Shown here: piece after piece, positions 31,301 through 58,166 of the stretch | How the letters are laid out: each line of letters starts with the position of its first letter | How positions within the stretch are numbered: the stretch's first letter is position 1 | DNA from: Amoebidium appalachense | Taxonomy: Eukaryota; Protista; Ichthyosporea | Direction of reading: 5' to 3' | Assembly: GCA_963693365.1 (NCBI GenBank) | Contig: CAVNZM010000005.1 | Coordinates: forward strand, 10,148,334 to 10,212,333 | DNA length: 64,000 nt | Position numbers and translations under genes: made by a program | The notes under the pieces: generated by a model | The model's database searches: none | Told to the model about the DNA's origin: nothing | What the model saw: only the letters and a program-made list of their open reading frames with translations

Positions 31301-32918
31301 TGTGTGGGTTTGCTGGAGAAACCTGAACTAGAAAGATCGGTGTCTCAGTGGAGCTTTTACTGAAAAGAGTAATGTGTGCACTTAAAATGGTGATGATTGA
31401 GTTGCGTGGGTGTGAAACGCCAATTTCTATCTATAGTAAGATCAAGAACCTAAATCCCTATGGTTTCGTACAACCAGTTACACTACACTGCCATGGACAC
31501 ACAGTGACACGATATAAGCGCGTATGTGCGTTACTGGGGTTGAAATTGGCATGAAGTGACCTTTTTATTGACGGGGACTGTGCTTTAGCGTGAGTGACGA
31601 AATTGTGGCAAGCGACAGTTGAACTGGCCGCGACACGGCAAAACGGTGCTCTGTGTGGCCGCGATGCTGATTGGTTGACGTCAAATCTTCCTACACTTCA
31701 TCTGGCTAAGCAACAAATTTGAGATCACGGGCGAATTCCAATTTCAGTCCGGCGAAAATGGGATTTGCGTAGTTCGTAGCCATATTGCTCTGTTCTCAAA
31801 TAGAACCATAATGTGAGTTTTATAGTCCTTTCAACATGATTGGTATATTAAAAACTGTTTCTCGCCTAGGCGACTACGTACGCTCAACGACGACGCTCAA
31901 GTCACATCATATGATAATGACGGTTCGTCACATTGAGTATCTAGATAATTTTCACACTGTGTTCAGGTATCTCAGTATGCACTTGCTACTCGATAACTCG
32001 CGAAGTTTTTATTGCCTTCTCTCTACTTTGTAAGTATACCGTGCATACTTGTACCTTTCCGTTGAATAAATCCAGTCAAAAGAAAAAAATGACGGTTGCG
32101 GAAGTTGAAAAAGACCCCAGAATTTGAAAATATGCACAGCTATGGAGTTTCAGCGCAGAAGCTCCGATTCGATAACAGAAAGGACAGCGTGGCGTTATTG
32201 TCCAATCGTAGATTATCGCACACTGGAGATAGAATAATACCGAACCACAAAATACGCCTATTTTCGAGGAGAAAATGCAGGTAAAAACATGAACATATCA
32301 AAATATAAATTGTTTTGCATTTTGATGAATAAAACCGTGGGTTTGCATCTCTCTCTAAACACTGCTTACGATAATGCTGTGATATTGATTATGCCGCAAA
32401 AAACGATTGGTTCCGGCCGCACCTCTACCAGTGCTCGCAAGTTGCCGTTCTACCGGTTGCTTTTTTTATCTTTGGAATTTATTACCGTTTTTGGAAGGTC
32501 GTTAACCCAATCATAGTCGTCGATTTTCTACCTTATAGATCCGTTTGTTTGTTGTGAAAGTCTCGGGCCTGCCGCCTCACGAGTCAGTCGGTCTCAAAGC
32601 ACTTGAAACCTTCAAGCTACAAACGAAAGTTAGAAAGCCTCCTAAATTCCAGCCGTTTTAGTTAGCCTACTACTATGATTACACCGTGAACGTGAAACGA
32701 CGTGTAATTAGCGGCAAAAAGCTAGTTTTTCCAAATAGCAAAAGGATTTCCATCGTCGTTGACATCAAGAACTTTCAGGTCCCATGACAGTCACCGAAGA
32801 ATGCGGAGCACCTGCGAGTGATAGTTTAGAGTAAACCTGCGCAATCCGCTGGTCTCAGAGGTGTCGTTGCTTTTTGTCTAGAGTTCTCAGTTAAGGTCTC
32901 AGCTATAAAATAACGAAA
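31301..32918. promoter_or_regulatory. Microsatellite-free divergent promoter region (CCAAT box next to TGACGTCA; TATA-like element)
   Basis: ATTGG at 31670-31674 lies just before TGACGTCA at 31676-31683; TATAAAA near 32904; head-to-head genes on either side. Confidence 0.5.
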
Positions 32919-41613
<8,695 letters not shown>

Positions 41614-41635
41614 TGTGATGAAGCCGACCATTTTC

Positions 41636-41680
<45 letters not shown>

Positions 41681-42156
41681 CCCTTTTTTTTTTTTCCTAG
41701 TAGCTGCATGTATAATCAAATCCCCTGGTTAACTTTCATGTTCCTGCCTTTCTTTCTTCTATTTTTTCTCTTTTTCTATTTTTCCTCTCTTTGCCCGATT
41801 TTCAGCCTCCTCCCATTCCAATTTCGATCAAAGTTCACCCGCCCCTCTCCTTTGCCGACCTAATGGTATGTGTCATCTGTGGCTTTGTACGTCGGAGCAC
41901 ATAAATCCAGGACGTGGGGGATTTTCCGAAGGATAACTTAAATGCTGTAACAATTAAAAACCTCAGCAGGCTGATAACTTACAATCTAAATGTATAATAA
42001 AAAGGATGCCGACTTGCGATAGCAGAAATACCACACCTTTGCAATGCGAACGTGTATAGTATTGCTCATGTGTGTGGGGGGGCTGGGGGGTTGGGCGGGG
42101 GGGATGTTAAGGGGAGATGGGAATACAACATGAAAAGAAACAAATTGCCACACCGA

Positions 42157-42208
<52 letters not shown>

Positions 42209-42216
42209 GTGTGTGT

Positions 42217-42247
<31 letters not shown>

Positions 42248-42677
42248 TGGAAGAGGGCTAAATGCAGGACACCGTACAAAGTGGAGGCTCACGGATCTGG
42301 ACAATAAATAGTGTGTAAACCCGGATGGGGTGGGGTGGGGTGGTGTGTGTGTGTGTGTGTGTATGTTGTAGAGGGGAAATAGAGGGGAAATAGATGACAC
42401 AGACTGATAAATAATAATAATCGGGCTGGTTGACCATATATTTATAGATTATACCGTGTACAAGTAGTGTAATAAGAACCAGTGAGCTTACAAGGGTGCT
42501 ATGCAAAATTCAATAGCGTTAGCTAATCCGCGAATTTGCTAGGTCATAACTCGATAGCAAGAAGTACTGATAGTCTTACATCAGATACCCTGACTTGTGC
42601 CATGCCCAGGGGCCAGGATTTTCCCAAAGCTTTTCCCAAAGTTTTTTTGGCAAATCCCAAACAATTTGGACCCTACC

Positions 42678-42708
42678 CACGGCCATCTAGAAACACTAGA
42701 TGGCCGTG
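42678..42708. mobile_element. 31-bp hairpin element with 13-bp TIRs and an 8-bp flanking direct repeat
   Basis: ACCCTACC|CACGGCCATCTAG-AAACA-CTAGATGGCCGTG|ACCCTACC. Confidence 0.65.
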
Positions 42709-43269
42709 ACCCTACCCCAGAAAAACAGAAATCGAACCCTGTTTGCGACATCACGATGAAACCATAAAAGGCAATTTCTACATCTGGCAAAATACTTGCA
42801 AAGAGGTGCAAAACATTAAGTGTAGATCATGAAACGTACGTTATCATCCTGCTGACCCTTACCGCTTTATTGCAGACAGGCAGAAGCAAAAGTCTTTAAA
42901 CGCTCTATAACAAAAACCCGTATTTAATATATTTATGCTAATGAACTTATACTGTTCTACTCTTTGATAGTGAATGTTTTCATGTCATCGACCCACTTAC
43001 TTTTTTGCATCAAATAAAAGCGAGTTTATTCTGTTTTGCTGTACTCCAAGAAGCCGCTTTGATTGGCCCTTATTGATTGGCTCGATCGGCATCATGATTC
43101 TTCATTCTGTCCCCCCGCACCTTTTCTCCAGCTTGCACGGGCCAAAACGTAAAACGTGCACACATGAACACTCTCATGCACACAGGTGTACATGTACTTT
43201 GAGTATAAGGCTCGTTTTCTTTGTTAGTAAACGATAGTTTGTAAACGTATACGCAGCTATAACGAGACA

Positions 43270-45514
43270 ATGGCATCCACTAGCGCTGATACGCCAGCAG
43301 CAGCCGCCCCTCCGGCATCCGTAGACAAAGACCCCAGGCCCATTTTTCTCGAGAACATCCTTTTCAACGTCGACAAAGGCCATGACGGTTCAACCAAAAT
43401 CAAAGTGAGCGGTGACCTTTCAGTAAAAAACCTCGCCCCAGAGAAGTCAATCCACCTACATTACACGATAAACGCATGGGAAGACAAGCTTTACGCAAAG
43501 GCAAACTGGCACGCCAACGTTACGGAAACAGGGCGGGAGCAATGGAAATTCTCCTTCCATCTACCCACGGAGGATGGGCTGTATGAAAAGAAAAACGAAG
43601 CAAATCTCGAGTTTGTAGTGCAGTACGCACCCACTGGACACGGGGAGATTTACGACAACAACGGCGGCAGCAACTACTGTTACAACGTCAAGCGCCCGAA
43701 CCCATGTAACAATCGCTGGGATAGCGTGAGGGTCGCCAGCTACACCTGGGAGCCTCTCGAGAAGAAGATTATGGCTGTGCTTGCCGTTCCCAAGGGCAAG
43801 GAAGACGGACACATTTTCGTGCGCTACACGCTCGATTTCTGGAAATCAACACATGACATGGAGCTGGATGATGCCTATCTCGGTGACAAAACCAAGTACC
43901 TGACGTTTAAGTTTCAGCTCAAGGACGCCAACATCTTTGAGTTTGTAGCGTGCAACAAGCTAGTGGGTGCACCTGACTACTGGGATAATAATGGAGGGAG
44001 GAACTACGGTGTGTTCCCGGGGCGTGTGCTTGTCCAGAAGCCGAAACCTAAGCCAGGTATGTGAGAGGCACACATCGTTTTTCCCTTCTGATTACAATCC
44101 ACACACAAAAACACCTGCACACGTACATACACTCACGTACACAAACCAAACAGCACAAAAACCCTCCTTTCTTGCAACGCTTCTCTGATAGCTCGTGGCT
44201 TTTAACGGATGATTAGCACCACCACTTCCCGATGCTCCACAGGATGGGATTTCCGTCTCATATTGCCAGGAGCTCTCCTTCCCAAAGTGTTTGCGAGTTT
44301 TCAATCCGCTTGCTTTTACTCCCCCTTATACCCCCCCCCCCCCCCCTCCCCCCCCCCCCCCCCCCCACACACACACACATACACACACACAGGCACCACC
44401 ACCATCACCACCACAACCGCCAACACCACCACATATATACACACTCCTTCAAATACAACGACTGCTGTCATCTCTTGTGGTTTCTTTAAATAAACCCAAC
44501 TTGCCTTTTCTTTAATGCATTTATCTTTGAACACTTGCGTGTTGTGTTGTTATGTTCTTTACTAGTTCGGTTACTTCTTGTAGGTGCTCTCTGCTGTACC
44601 TCGTTTTGGCCTGTGACTTGTCAAAGTAACAAGAGGTTGTGCTGAAAGTCGGTGTGGTTGAAAGGTCTACCATCGGGGAAATTTCATGTAGTCCAAAAGG
44701 GGGTTTTTCCGTTTCCCCCTCCCATGCCACGATGATCGGAAGACCCATTGCGCCCCACCTTCCCTTATCCCTGTCACAATGGAATCCACCTACATTCTCC
44801 TGACAGATCACTGTTGCCTTTCTCAACCTAGCAGGGTTATCTCCCTCTCTCTCCCCCCCCTCTCTCTCTCTCTGCCTCTCACTCACTTTCTCACACACAC
44901 ACTCTCTCGTTCTCTCTCCCCCACGTCCCTCTTTCCCTCCTTGTCCCTCCCTCCCTCTCTCTCCATCCCCGTCCCCCCCCCCCCTCTCTCCCTTCCCCTT
45001 CCCTCCCTCCCTGCCCCCCTCCCCCCCCCCCCCCCCCTCTCGTGTGTTTGTGTCTCCCTCTCTCTCTCTCTTCGCTCCTGCCTTACTACCGTTTTCTTCC
45101 CTACCATCCTTTTTTTAACACTTTTTTCCCTCCCCTCATCCCCCCCCCCCCCCCTCCCCCCAACACACACACACACCTCACTTTTTCCTACTGTATGTTG
45201 TGCATATACGTAGTAAATACCAAGCTTATAATGTGTACCACATCTTCTCTTCCCCTCCTTCCCCCTCCCCCCCCCTTCTCCCTCTCCCTCCCTCCCAGTT
45301 GCTGCCCCCACCACATACATGCCCCTCGTTCCACACACACACACACAAAAACGGGGGGGGGGGGGAGGGGGGGGAGTGGGGGGCGGGGGGGGGGGGGTTT
45401 CCAAACCCCAAAGTTTCTATCCCAGGCGCTGACCCTCCCGCGTGTGCAGTTGTCAAGGAGGAGAAGAAGGATGCAGGCGAGACATCCAAGGACAAGAAGG
45501 CCGCTGAAAAATGA
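43270..45514 (+). CDS. Tandem CBM21 (starch/glycogen-binding) domain protein, 291 aa, 2 exons
   Basis: Exon 1 43270-44056 (VKNLAPEKSIHLHYTINAW...LEFVVQY...YDNNGGSNY; second repeat VRYTLDFWK...FEFVAC...YWDNNGGRNY). Donor G|gtatgt and acceptor cag|GC at 45426 share phase 1; exon 2 45426-45514 adds a charged tail. Confidence 0.85.
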
Positions 45515-46747
45515 TTGGCTCCACGTCACGTAAGGTGTGCATTGGCCCCCTCTTTCCCCCCCCTCCTCCCCCCTCCCCTTCCCCCTCCCCCTCCGACCCC
45601 CCCCACCCCCCCCCCCCCAACCTCCCCTGGTTTACCCTCTCCCCCCTCACACACCCCTCCCACCCCCTCCTATGTGTTTTGCACTATGCATTATGCTGTC
45701 CGTCATGAATGTGTCCTTCGTTCTCTATGAAGCATTCTATTACTTCTTCCCCCCTCCCCCCCTCCCCCCCTCCCCCCCTACAACAAACAAACACACATGC
45801 CCTGCGCCACCCAATCCCGGTTGCATGTCTTATGTTTGCGCTCTGTAACCCACTCTCTCAACCCCCCCCCCCCCCCCCCCCCTGCTTACTAGGCATACTC
45901 TTTATGTATGGTTTGCACTCCGCACTGTGTTGTCCGTCTTTAATGTCTACTTCTCACTCTATGGCTCATTCAACCATTCCCCCCCCTCCCCCCCCCCCCC
46001 CCCCCCCTCCTCGCCCCCCTCCCTTTCAGTGTGGCTATATGCTGATGTCACACCCCCTGTGTGCTTGTATTTGTGCTATGCTATGCCCTTCACTGCGATC
46101 CCTTTTTTTGCATCTTTGCCCGTCATGGTTTGCAAAACAATCTACTCTGCTTTCGGCTCTCTGTCTCTCGCCACTTCCTCCCCCCCTTCCCCCCACTCCC
46201 CCTCCTCCCGCACCGACGCCTTCTAATCACGAACACATGTGCACACGCACAAACACATTTGCGTGCACGCGCGTGCGTGTACACACACACACACACACAC
46301 GCACGCACACCTTTCACTACCTCCCCCTTCCCCCCCCTCTTGCATACTCTTTATGTGTGCTTGACAAGCTCTTCATTGTGTTGCCCGTCATGAATGTGTT
46401 TGTCGTGCCCTGTAGCACATTCTGCCCCCCTCCCAACCCCCAACACACACACACAGACACCCTACGCCTGACGATGAGTGAGTTCTGTCCACGAACCTGT
46501 TCCCTTTGCTCTTTGGCTACCCACTCATATATCCAGCCCCAAACTCCCCATCCCCAGCCCCACCCCACACCTCAACCTCCCCCCCCCCCCCCCCCCCCTC
46601 CCCGCCCCCGGCTCGATCTCCCTGGCAAATGACCCTCCCCCTTCAACACACACCCCTACGCCCCCTTCCTCCCCTCCCCCCCCCTGCCGGTCCAATGCCC
46701 TGAAGTGGGCTTTAACACACGGGATGGAGTGGGGGGAGGGGGAGGGG

Positions 46748-46783
<36 letters not shown>

Positions 46784-46927
46784 CTTAGGGTTTGTCTGCT
46801 ATTGTTTGTTAGCAAAAAAAACCCGAAGGGGGACACTTTAGAGATCGAGATTGGCAGAAGCAAATTTGGGTGCTCTCTGGTTTCTTGTCTTGCCTAACTT
46901 GCCTGTTTTCTTCTTCTTCACCCCCCC

Positions 46928-46960
<33 letters not shown>

Positions 46961-47127
46961 TTCTCCTTCACGCCTTAGCTCACCGTCCCTTCCTTCCATC
47001 ACTGCAATTACCAGTTTCATGTCCCTTTTGCCTCCCCACTCAAAACCATTTCAGAACTATGTTGTTTCTCCCACATCGAAGCTCCCATTTCTCACTGTTA
47101 AATCTTGGTTTAACTACATCTACTACT

Positions 47128-47159
<32 letters not shown>

Positions 47160-47428
47160 TTTCCAGGGGGCCCCCCCGTCTATCCTTCCTGAACGTTTAT
47201 ACATAAGTACAGATCACTCCATACTGTAACAGTACAAACGAGTGATTCCTTCAACCTCTTTATATATTGCCGCATGCTTTTTGTTGTTTTGCTTCTTCCT
47301 TCTTCCGCCTGAATTCCCTCCTCCGTCAAACACCCACACACTCACACACACGCCCTCTCCCCCCCCCCCCCCCCCCTCCCCCTCTCTCTCTCTCTCCCCC
47401 TCCCTCTCTCCCTCCCTCTCTCTCTCTC

Positions 47429-47466
<38 letters not shown>

Positions 47467-47652
47467 TCTCTCCCTCCCTCTCCACACACACACGCACATG
47501 TGCGCGCATTAAGTACAAGCAATTGGTGTTGCGTGTTGATTGCTGGCGGCTGCAGGGAGTTGTGTTCTGGGCTAATTTGGTGGGACTTGATGGTTCCGTG
47601 CTTGTGATGTTGGCAGCTTATTGTGTGCCTATGGTGTGAAAGTGTGTGTGTG

Positions 47653-47694
<42 letters not shown>

Positions 47695-49334
47695 GCACAC
47701 GCGCACGTTTTTGTGTGTGTGTGTGTACATGTGTGGGTTTGGGGGGGGGGGGGGGGGGGAGCGCACGCGCACGTGTGTGTATATGTGTGGGTTTGGGGGG
47801 GGGGGGGAGGAAGGGGGGGGGGGGGGGGGGGGGGCGCACGCACACGTGTGTGTGTGTGTGTGTATATGTGTGGGTTTGGGGGGGGGGGGGGGGGGGAGGG
47901 GGGGATTTTGGAACCACTGAGAAAAGTATTGAATTGTTCATATTCTTGTTGTGGAATGGTAGCGAGTCATTAACAGCGCACTCCTTTTTTCAGGGGTGTG
48001 TGTTCTTTCCAACAACGGCAACAACAGCCGGTTGGCGACACTGTGATGGCAGAGAAAGTGAAATTTTGCCAGTTTCAGGTGCATAATAATATCTGGGGTA
48101 TTGGGGGAATCAATGTGACGTATCAAAGCGGCTATTAAGGTTAGTGTGGCGTTAATTAAGGGGTGTGTGCATGCGCCGAAACTTTAGGGGCTCGTAACTT
48201 GAAATGTTAGTAAATGGGGGCTCATGATTTGTAATGGTAATCTACTACTAAGCAGGCCTGGAAAATACGTGTTTCTAGAAGTTAATATACGGTTAATTCT
48301 CAAAAAGTGCAGTAAAGGCTGGGAATTACTTCCACCGGTGCACGCGCATGCAGGGAAAACAGCCTTCACGTCGTTTTTTGTCTCAAAAACACTCGGAATT
48401 GTCAAAATCGTAAAATGTGATCTCAGGCATCATTGTCGGTCATATCACGTACATGCCCTATGCTCAAGTCGCCACCGTCATTTCCAAAATAACAGAAAGT
48501 ATATCCAAAGTAATATTACATTGATGGTGTGAAGTTCAGCCTGATTTCTATGAGGTCCTAGTTCTATTTACGAATTTACAGGGATAACTGCTAAACAAGA
48601 ACTCACTGAGACGATTAACAGTTATGGTTGGTGGGTTGGTTATTAGTGTGGCTTAAAAGTGAGTAGAGAACCTAGATTTCAGACATAAGAGACTTATCAG
48701 TGAGGAGAAATAAAAATTGCCGGGAGAGACAGATGCATTGATTGGTCAAGAGGGCATCATCGGAACGCCGCTCTCTTAGATTCGGGCAGGTTGGGACCTA
48801 CCTACATCATCTATTTTGTTAGCTGATTGCGGCCGGCCAACAGCTCAGTCCTTTCCTCTCCCCATACCCCTCCTCCATCTCCTTAGACCCAACATTTCGG
48901 TCACGTGACCGTACCTTTTCTGACCGAGATTGGGAAAGACATTGTAGTGCAAGAATCATAAGAGGCACAGTTTTCAAACTTTTTCACTAAAGCTAAGCTA
49001 AACCCATTTTTGAATCTGCATTTTTCCTGCAGTTTTTAGCTATGCCTATAAGTTTAAAGCGAACAATACTCAAGTCTTTACTTTATGAGTTCATGGCCGC
49101 GTCGTTAGTCAAACCCCTGATAAATTTGTTTACACCACCTTTCCTACCATTAGTCAAGATCCGGTGTTTTAATTTGTCAACCGTGACGTCACCGAGATTG
49201 TGGGCAACAAACAAAAAGCTTCAGCGGCGCCGGCTGCTGCTGAACTGCCGCGGCAGCCCAGCCCAGCTTTCATATGGCACAAGTAAGGGTATCTGATGTA
49301 AGGAGATTTACTGTGAATGTGTTGGGCGTGTTTT

Positions 49335-49378
<44 letters not shown>

Positions 49379-49644
49379 GGAAGGGGAGGAGCCTCAGGGG
49401 GTTGGGGTTGGGGTTGGAGTGGGGTTGGGGACATGTGTGTGCGTGTGTGTGTGTGTGTGGGGGGGGGGGGGGGGCAACCTCCAACCGTTTGCACACCTCG
49501 GAGTCCTTCCCCTCACCTCACCCCCCCCCCCCCTCCCCTTCCTCAAAACACCACCACCACCACCACCACCACCACCATCACCGGGTCCCCACTGGCCCCT
49601 AGATGTACGTACACGTTCGAAGTGGCCACATACACAAAAAATCG

Positions 49645-49965
49645 CCCCCGTCACCATGACATGGCCGCTCTATGTGTCGACACTGTGTGTGCTGCAGGCT
49701 GTGACTATGTTTGTGTGTTGACACCGTGTGTGTGTGTGTGTGTGTGCTGATGTGTGCGTGCCCGTCTCAGACACTCAATGGCGTGTGCGTGTGTGTGTGT
49801 GTAAGTCTTGAATCCCGTCACAATGACATGGCCGCTTTATGTGTTGACGCTGTGTGTGTCTCAGGCACGTGACTATGTGTGTGTGTTGACGTACCGTGTG
49901 TGTGTGTGTGTGTGTGTGCCGGTCTCAGACACTGGGTGTGTGTGCTTGTGCGTGTGCGTCTCAGA

Positions 49966-50026
<61 letters not shown>

Positions 50027-50065
50027 CGTGCGTGCGTGTGTGTGTGTGTGTTCAAGTCTTGGATC
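49645..50065. repeat. Diverged tandem duplication, ~167-bp period, interleaved with (GT)n
   Basis: cccgtcac.atgacatggccgct.tatgtgt.gac.ctgtgtgtg...gtgactatgt...gtctcagacact begins near 49647 and again near 49814. Confidence 0.8.
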
Positions 50066-50241
50066 ATGACCTATTAATGATATTAATAATTGTAACTAAG
50101 CTTTTTGTCCGCAACTTAAGCCAATAGTCCTCGGAATAAACACCGGTCTATCTATTCTTCTTCTTGAATAGACACCCCTCTTCCTGAGACATGGAACCGA
50201 TATCCCGTGAGCCACCCACCACCCTCCCTCCTCCCCTCCCC

Positions 50242-50315
<74 letters not shown>

Positions 50316-51195
50316 CCCCCCCTCCACCCAAAACCTCCACGCACCCCCTCCCCCCCACCTCAGTACCTCAGTAGAGACAATCTAGTCATGATTTCCTTGA
50401 TTGTCAGCTAGGGGGGGGGGGGGGGGGGTACCAAAAGTATACGTATATAGTAAGCTTGTAACAGATTCTTCATTGAGTGCTCTTATATCATTGTGTTATT
50501 AATTTTTGTTTTTTCTAAGAGACATCGTCCTAATACTCAGTAGCAGGGCTGGAAATTGCATTTTAGAATCACTGTATTTCAACATCTGGCGTGCGGCCCC
50601 CTATTTTTTCTGGAGATATTTGTCTCTTTACTTCCATTTATCTATCCTATATATGTATACCTATCCGGCGCCCGGATGGCCTTCCGCCCCCCGTATCCCC
50701 GTTTGACCATAAATAAGACTTTTGTGTCATATATTCCAACAGATTTACTACTTTCCGTCAATCGAGAATAAATCAGAGATTTTCTCTTTTGATTGGATAA
50801 TTCTTGCACCAGTCGGAAAAGCAGATCTCCTCCCCCCCCCCCCCCCCCCCCCCCTGGTAACCAGTAGGCACCCATTACCTACCGTCCCCAACCCATTAAA
50901 AAAAAAAAAAAAAAATGAACATCATATTTAATTATTATACACTCCTCTCTTTTCCGAGCGCCTTACCTCGCAAGGCCACCTCCTTCTGAGTTGGCTACTC
51001 ACTCGAGCCGCTCGAATCGCTAGGCCTTTTCCCCTCATTTCCTGTCCCCCTTCCCCGCCTCCCCCTCCCCCCCCCCCCCCCCCCCCCCCCCGGCACCGCC
51101 TTCTAGGCCTACTTCCACGTGCACGAGGCGACCACCTTATCTCGCAAGCCCACCCCTGTACCAACCTGGCTACACACTCGAGCTGCTCCCCCTCA

Positions 51196-51293
<98 letters not shown>

Positions 51294-52297
51294 CGTGGCC
51301 CACCCACGCACATACACACACACTATATTTTCGAATTAAAATATTTTTTTTTCGTTTGCACATGTTGTATGCATGAATGCGTGCCTGTACATATTATATG
51401 CATGAAGGCTTTATTAAATAACGCTAACTTACTTTTAGCACGTTCTTTAGTAGCATCTTAGCTACTTGTGCTTTAGCCGCTAGCTAGAGCATCATATCCA
51501 ATTTTTCTTTCATATATAGCTAGCCCTAGCATAGGTCTCTAATTTGGCTTCAATAGGCTTGCTTAAATTATAGCACATAGCCTTTAAGCTATCGCTAGAC
51601 CTCATAATATCTGCCACATGTCTGTATTCCAGTATGCCTGTACATAACTGCCACTTTCGGTGCTGCCTTATACCCTGGGTGCTGGTCACTCTGTTAGCCG
51701 CCCTTTTTTTCCTCCTGGTTTGAGCTCGGGACGAGCTCAACTCCCCCGGGGGGAATGCCCGAGCGAGATCACGTGACCTCGCCCGCACTGGGGCAGGCGC
51801 ACCCGGCTCACGGCAGCCAGATTGGCCATCGCTCACAAGCACAGGCCCAATACATGTCTCTCGGCAGCTCTGTGTGAGTCCCGTCACCGTCCCTCACACA
51901 CTAAGTGCCTCGTTCCCCTTTTTCCCTCTTGTTCCTTAGTCCCATGTACCACTAGCTTAGGCATGTGCCTACGACGACGCGCTTCTCCTCCTCGGCATGG
52001 CATCGATACCTAAAAGGGCTAACTTGAAAAGGGCCACCACTTTCCAAGTATCGTGTGACGTATTAAAGCCTTGGCAGGGGCAAGCCATATTATTACTACA
52101 TCGTAGCCTACACAGTGTATCAATTTATCAGTTTCCGCGGAAGTAGTCGGCGTCGGCGTTTGTATTACAGTTCAATGAATTCAACGTTAACGCCCTCGCA
52201 AATTTGTATTAATTATTAGTTGTGTCGAAACAGGCAGGCCAACACGCGTAAAGCTCATCTCTTTGAAGTATACTTCCAACGGGAAGCAACCTGAAAA

Positions 52298-57642
<5,345 letters not shown>

Positions 57643-57690
57643 CTTACCCCCCCCCCCCTCCCCCCCCAAACACACACACACAGACACACA

Positions 57691-57776
<86 letters not shown>

Positions 57777-58081
57777 CACACGCACACACACACACACACA
57801 CATACACACACAGACACATGCACACGCACGCACACACACACACACACACGCGCGCGCGCGGTGTGCTTCCACCTAATAGATGCTACACACACACACGGGC
57901 CCATACACGTACACTCTCACATTGAGTATGCAACCGCATATTGTATCGAGTACTTGAGCATCCGTAGTATAAACTGAGACCCATGTACACGCTCGTGCAT
58001 GCATGCACACACATATGTGGCATGCTTAGACTTGCACGCGCATGCGCGCGCACACACACACACACACGGGCGTGCGCGCGG

Positions 58082-58166
<85 letters not shown>

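Noticed and set aside
42410-42440. Minus-strand YMVNQPDYYY resembling GH exon 5 (YFVNQPDWYF)
   Set aside because: Only a 14-nt exact match with no flanking similarity; such matches are expected by chance in 64 kb.
44521-44850. Antisense ORF in the CBM21 intron, faintly chromodomain-like
   Set aside because: Similarity is too weak and spread across frames.
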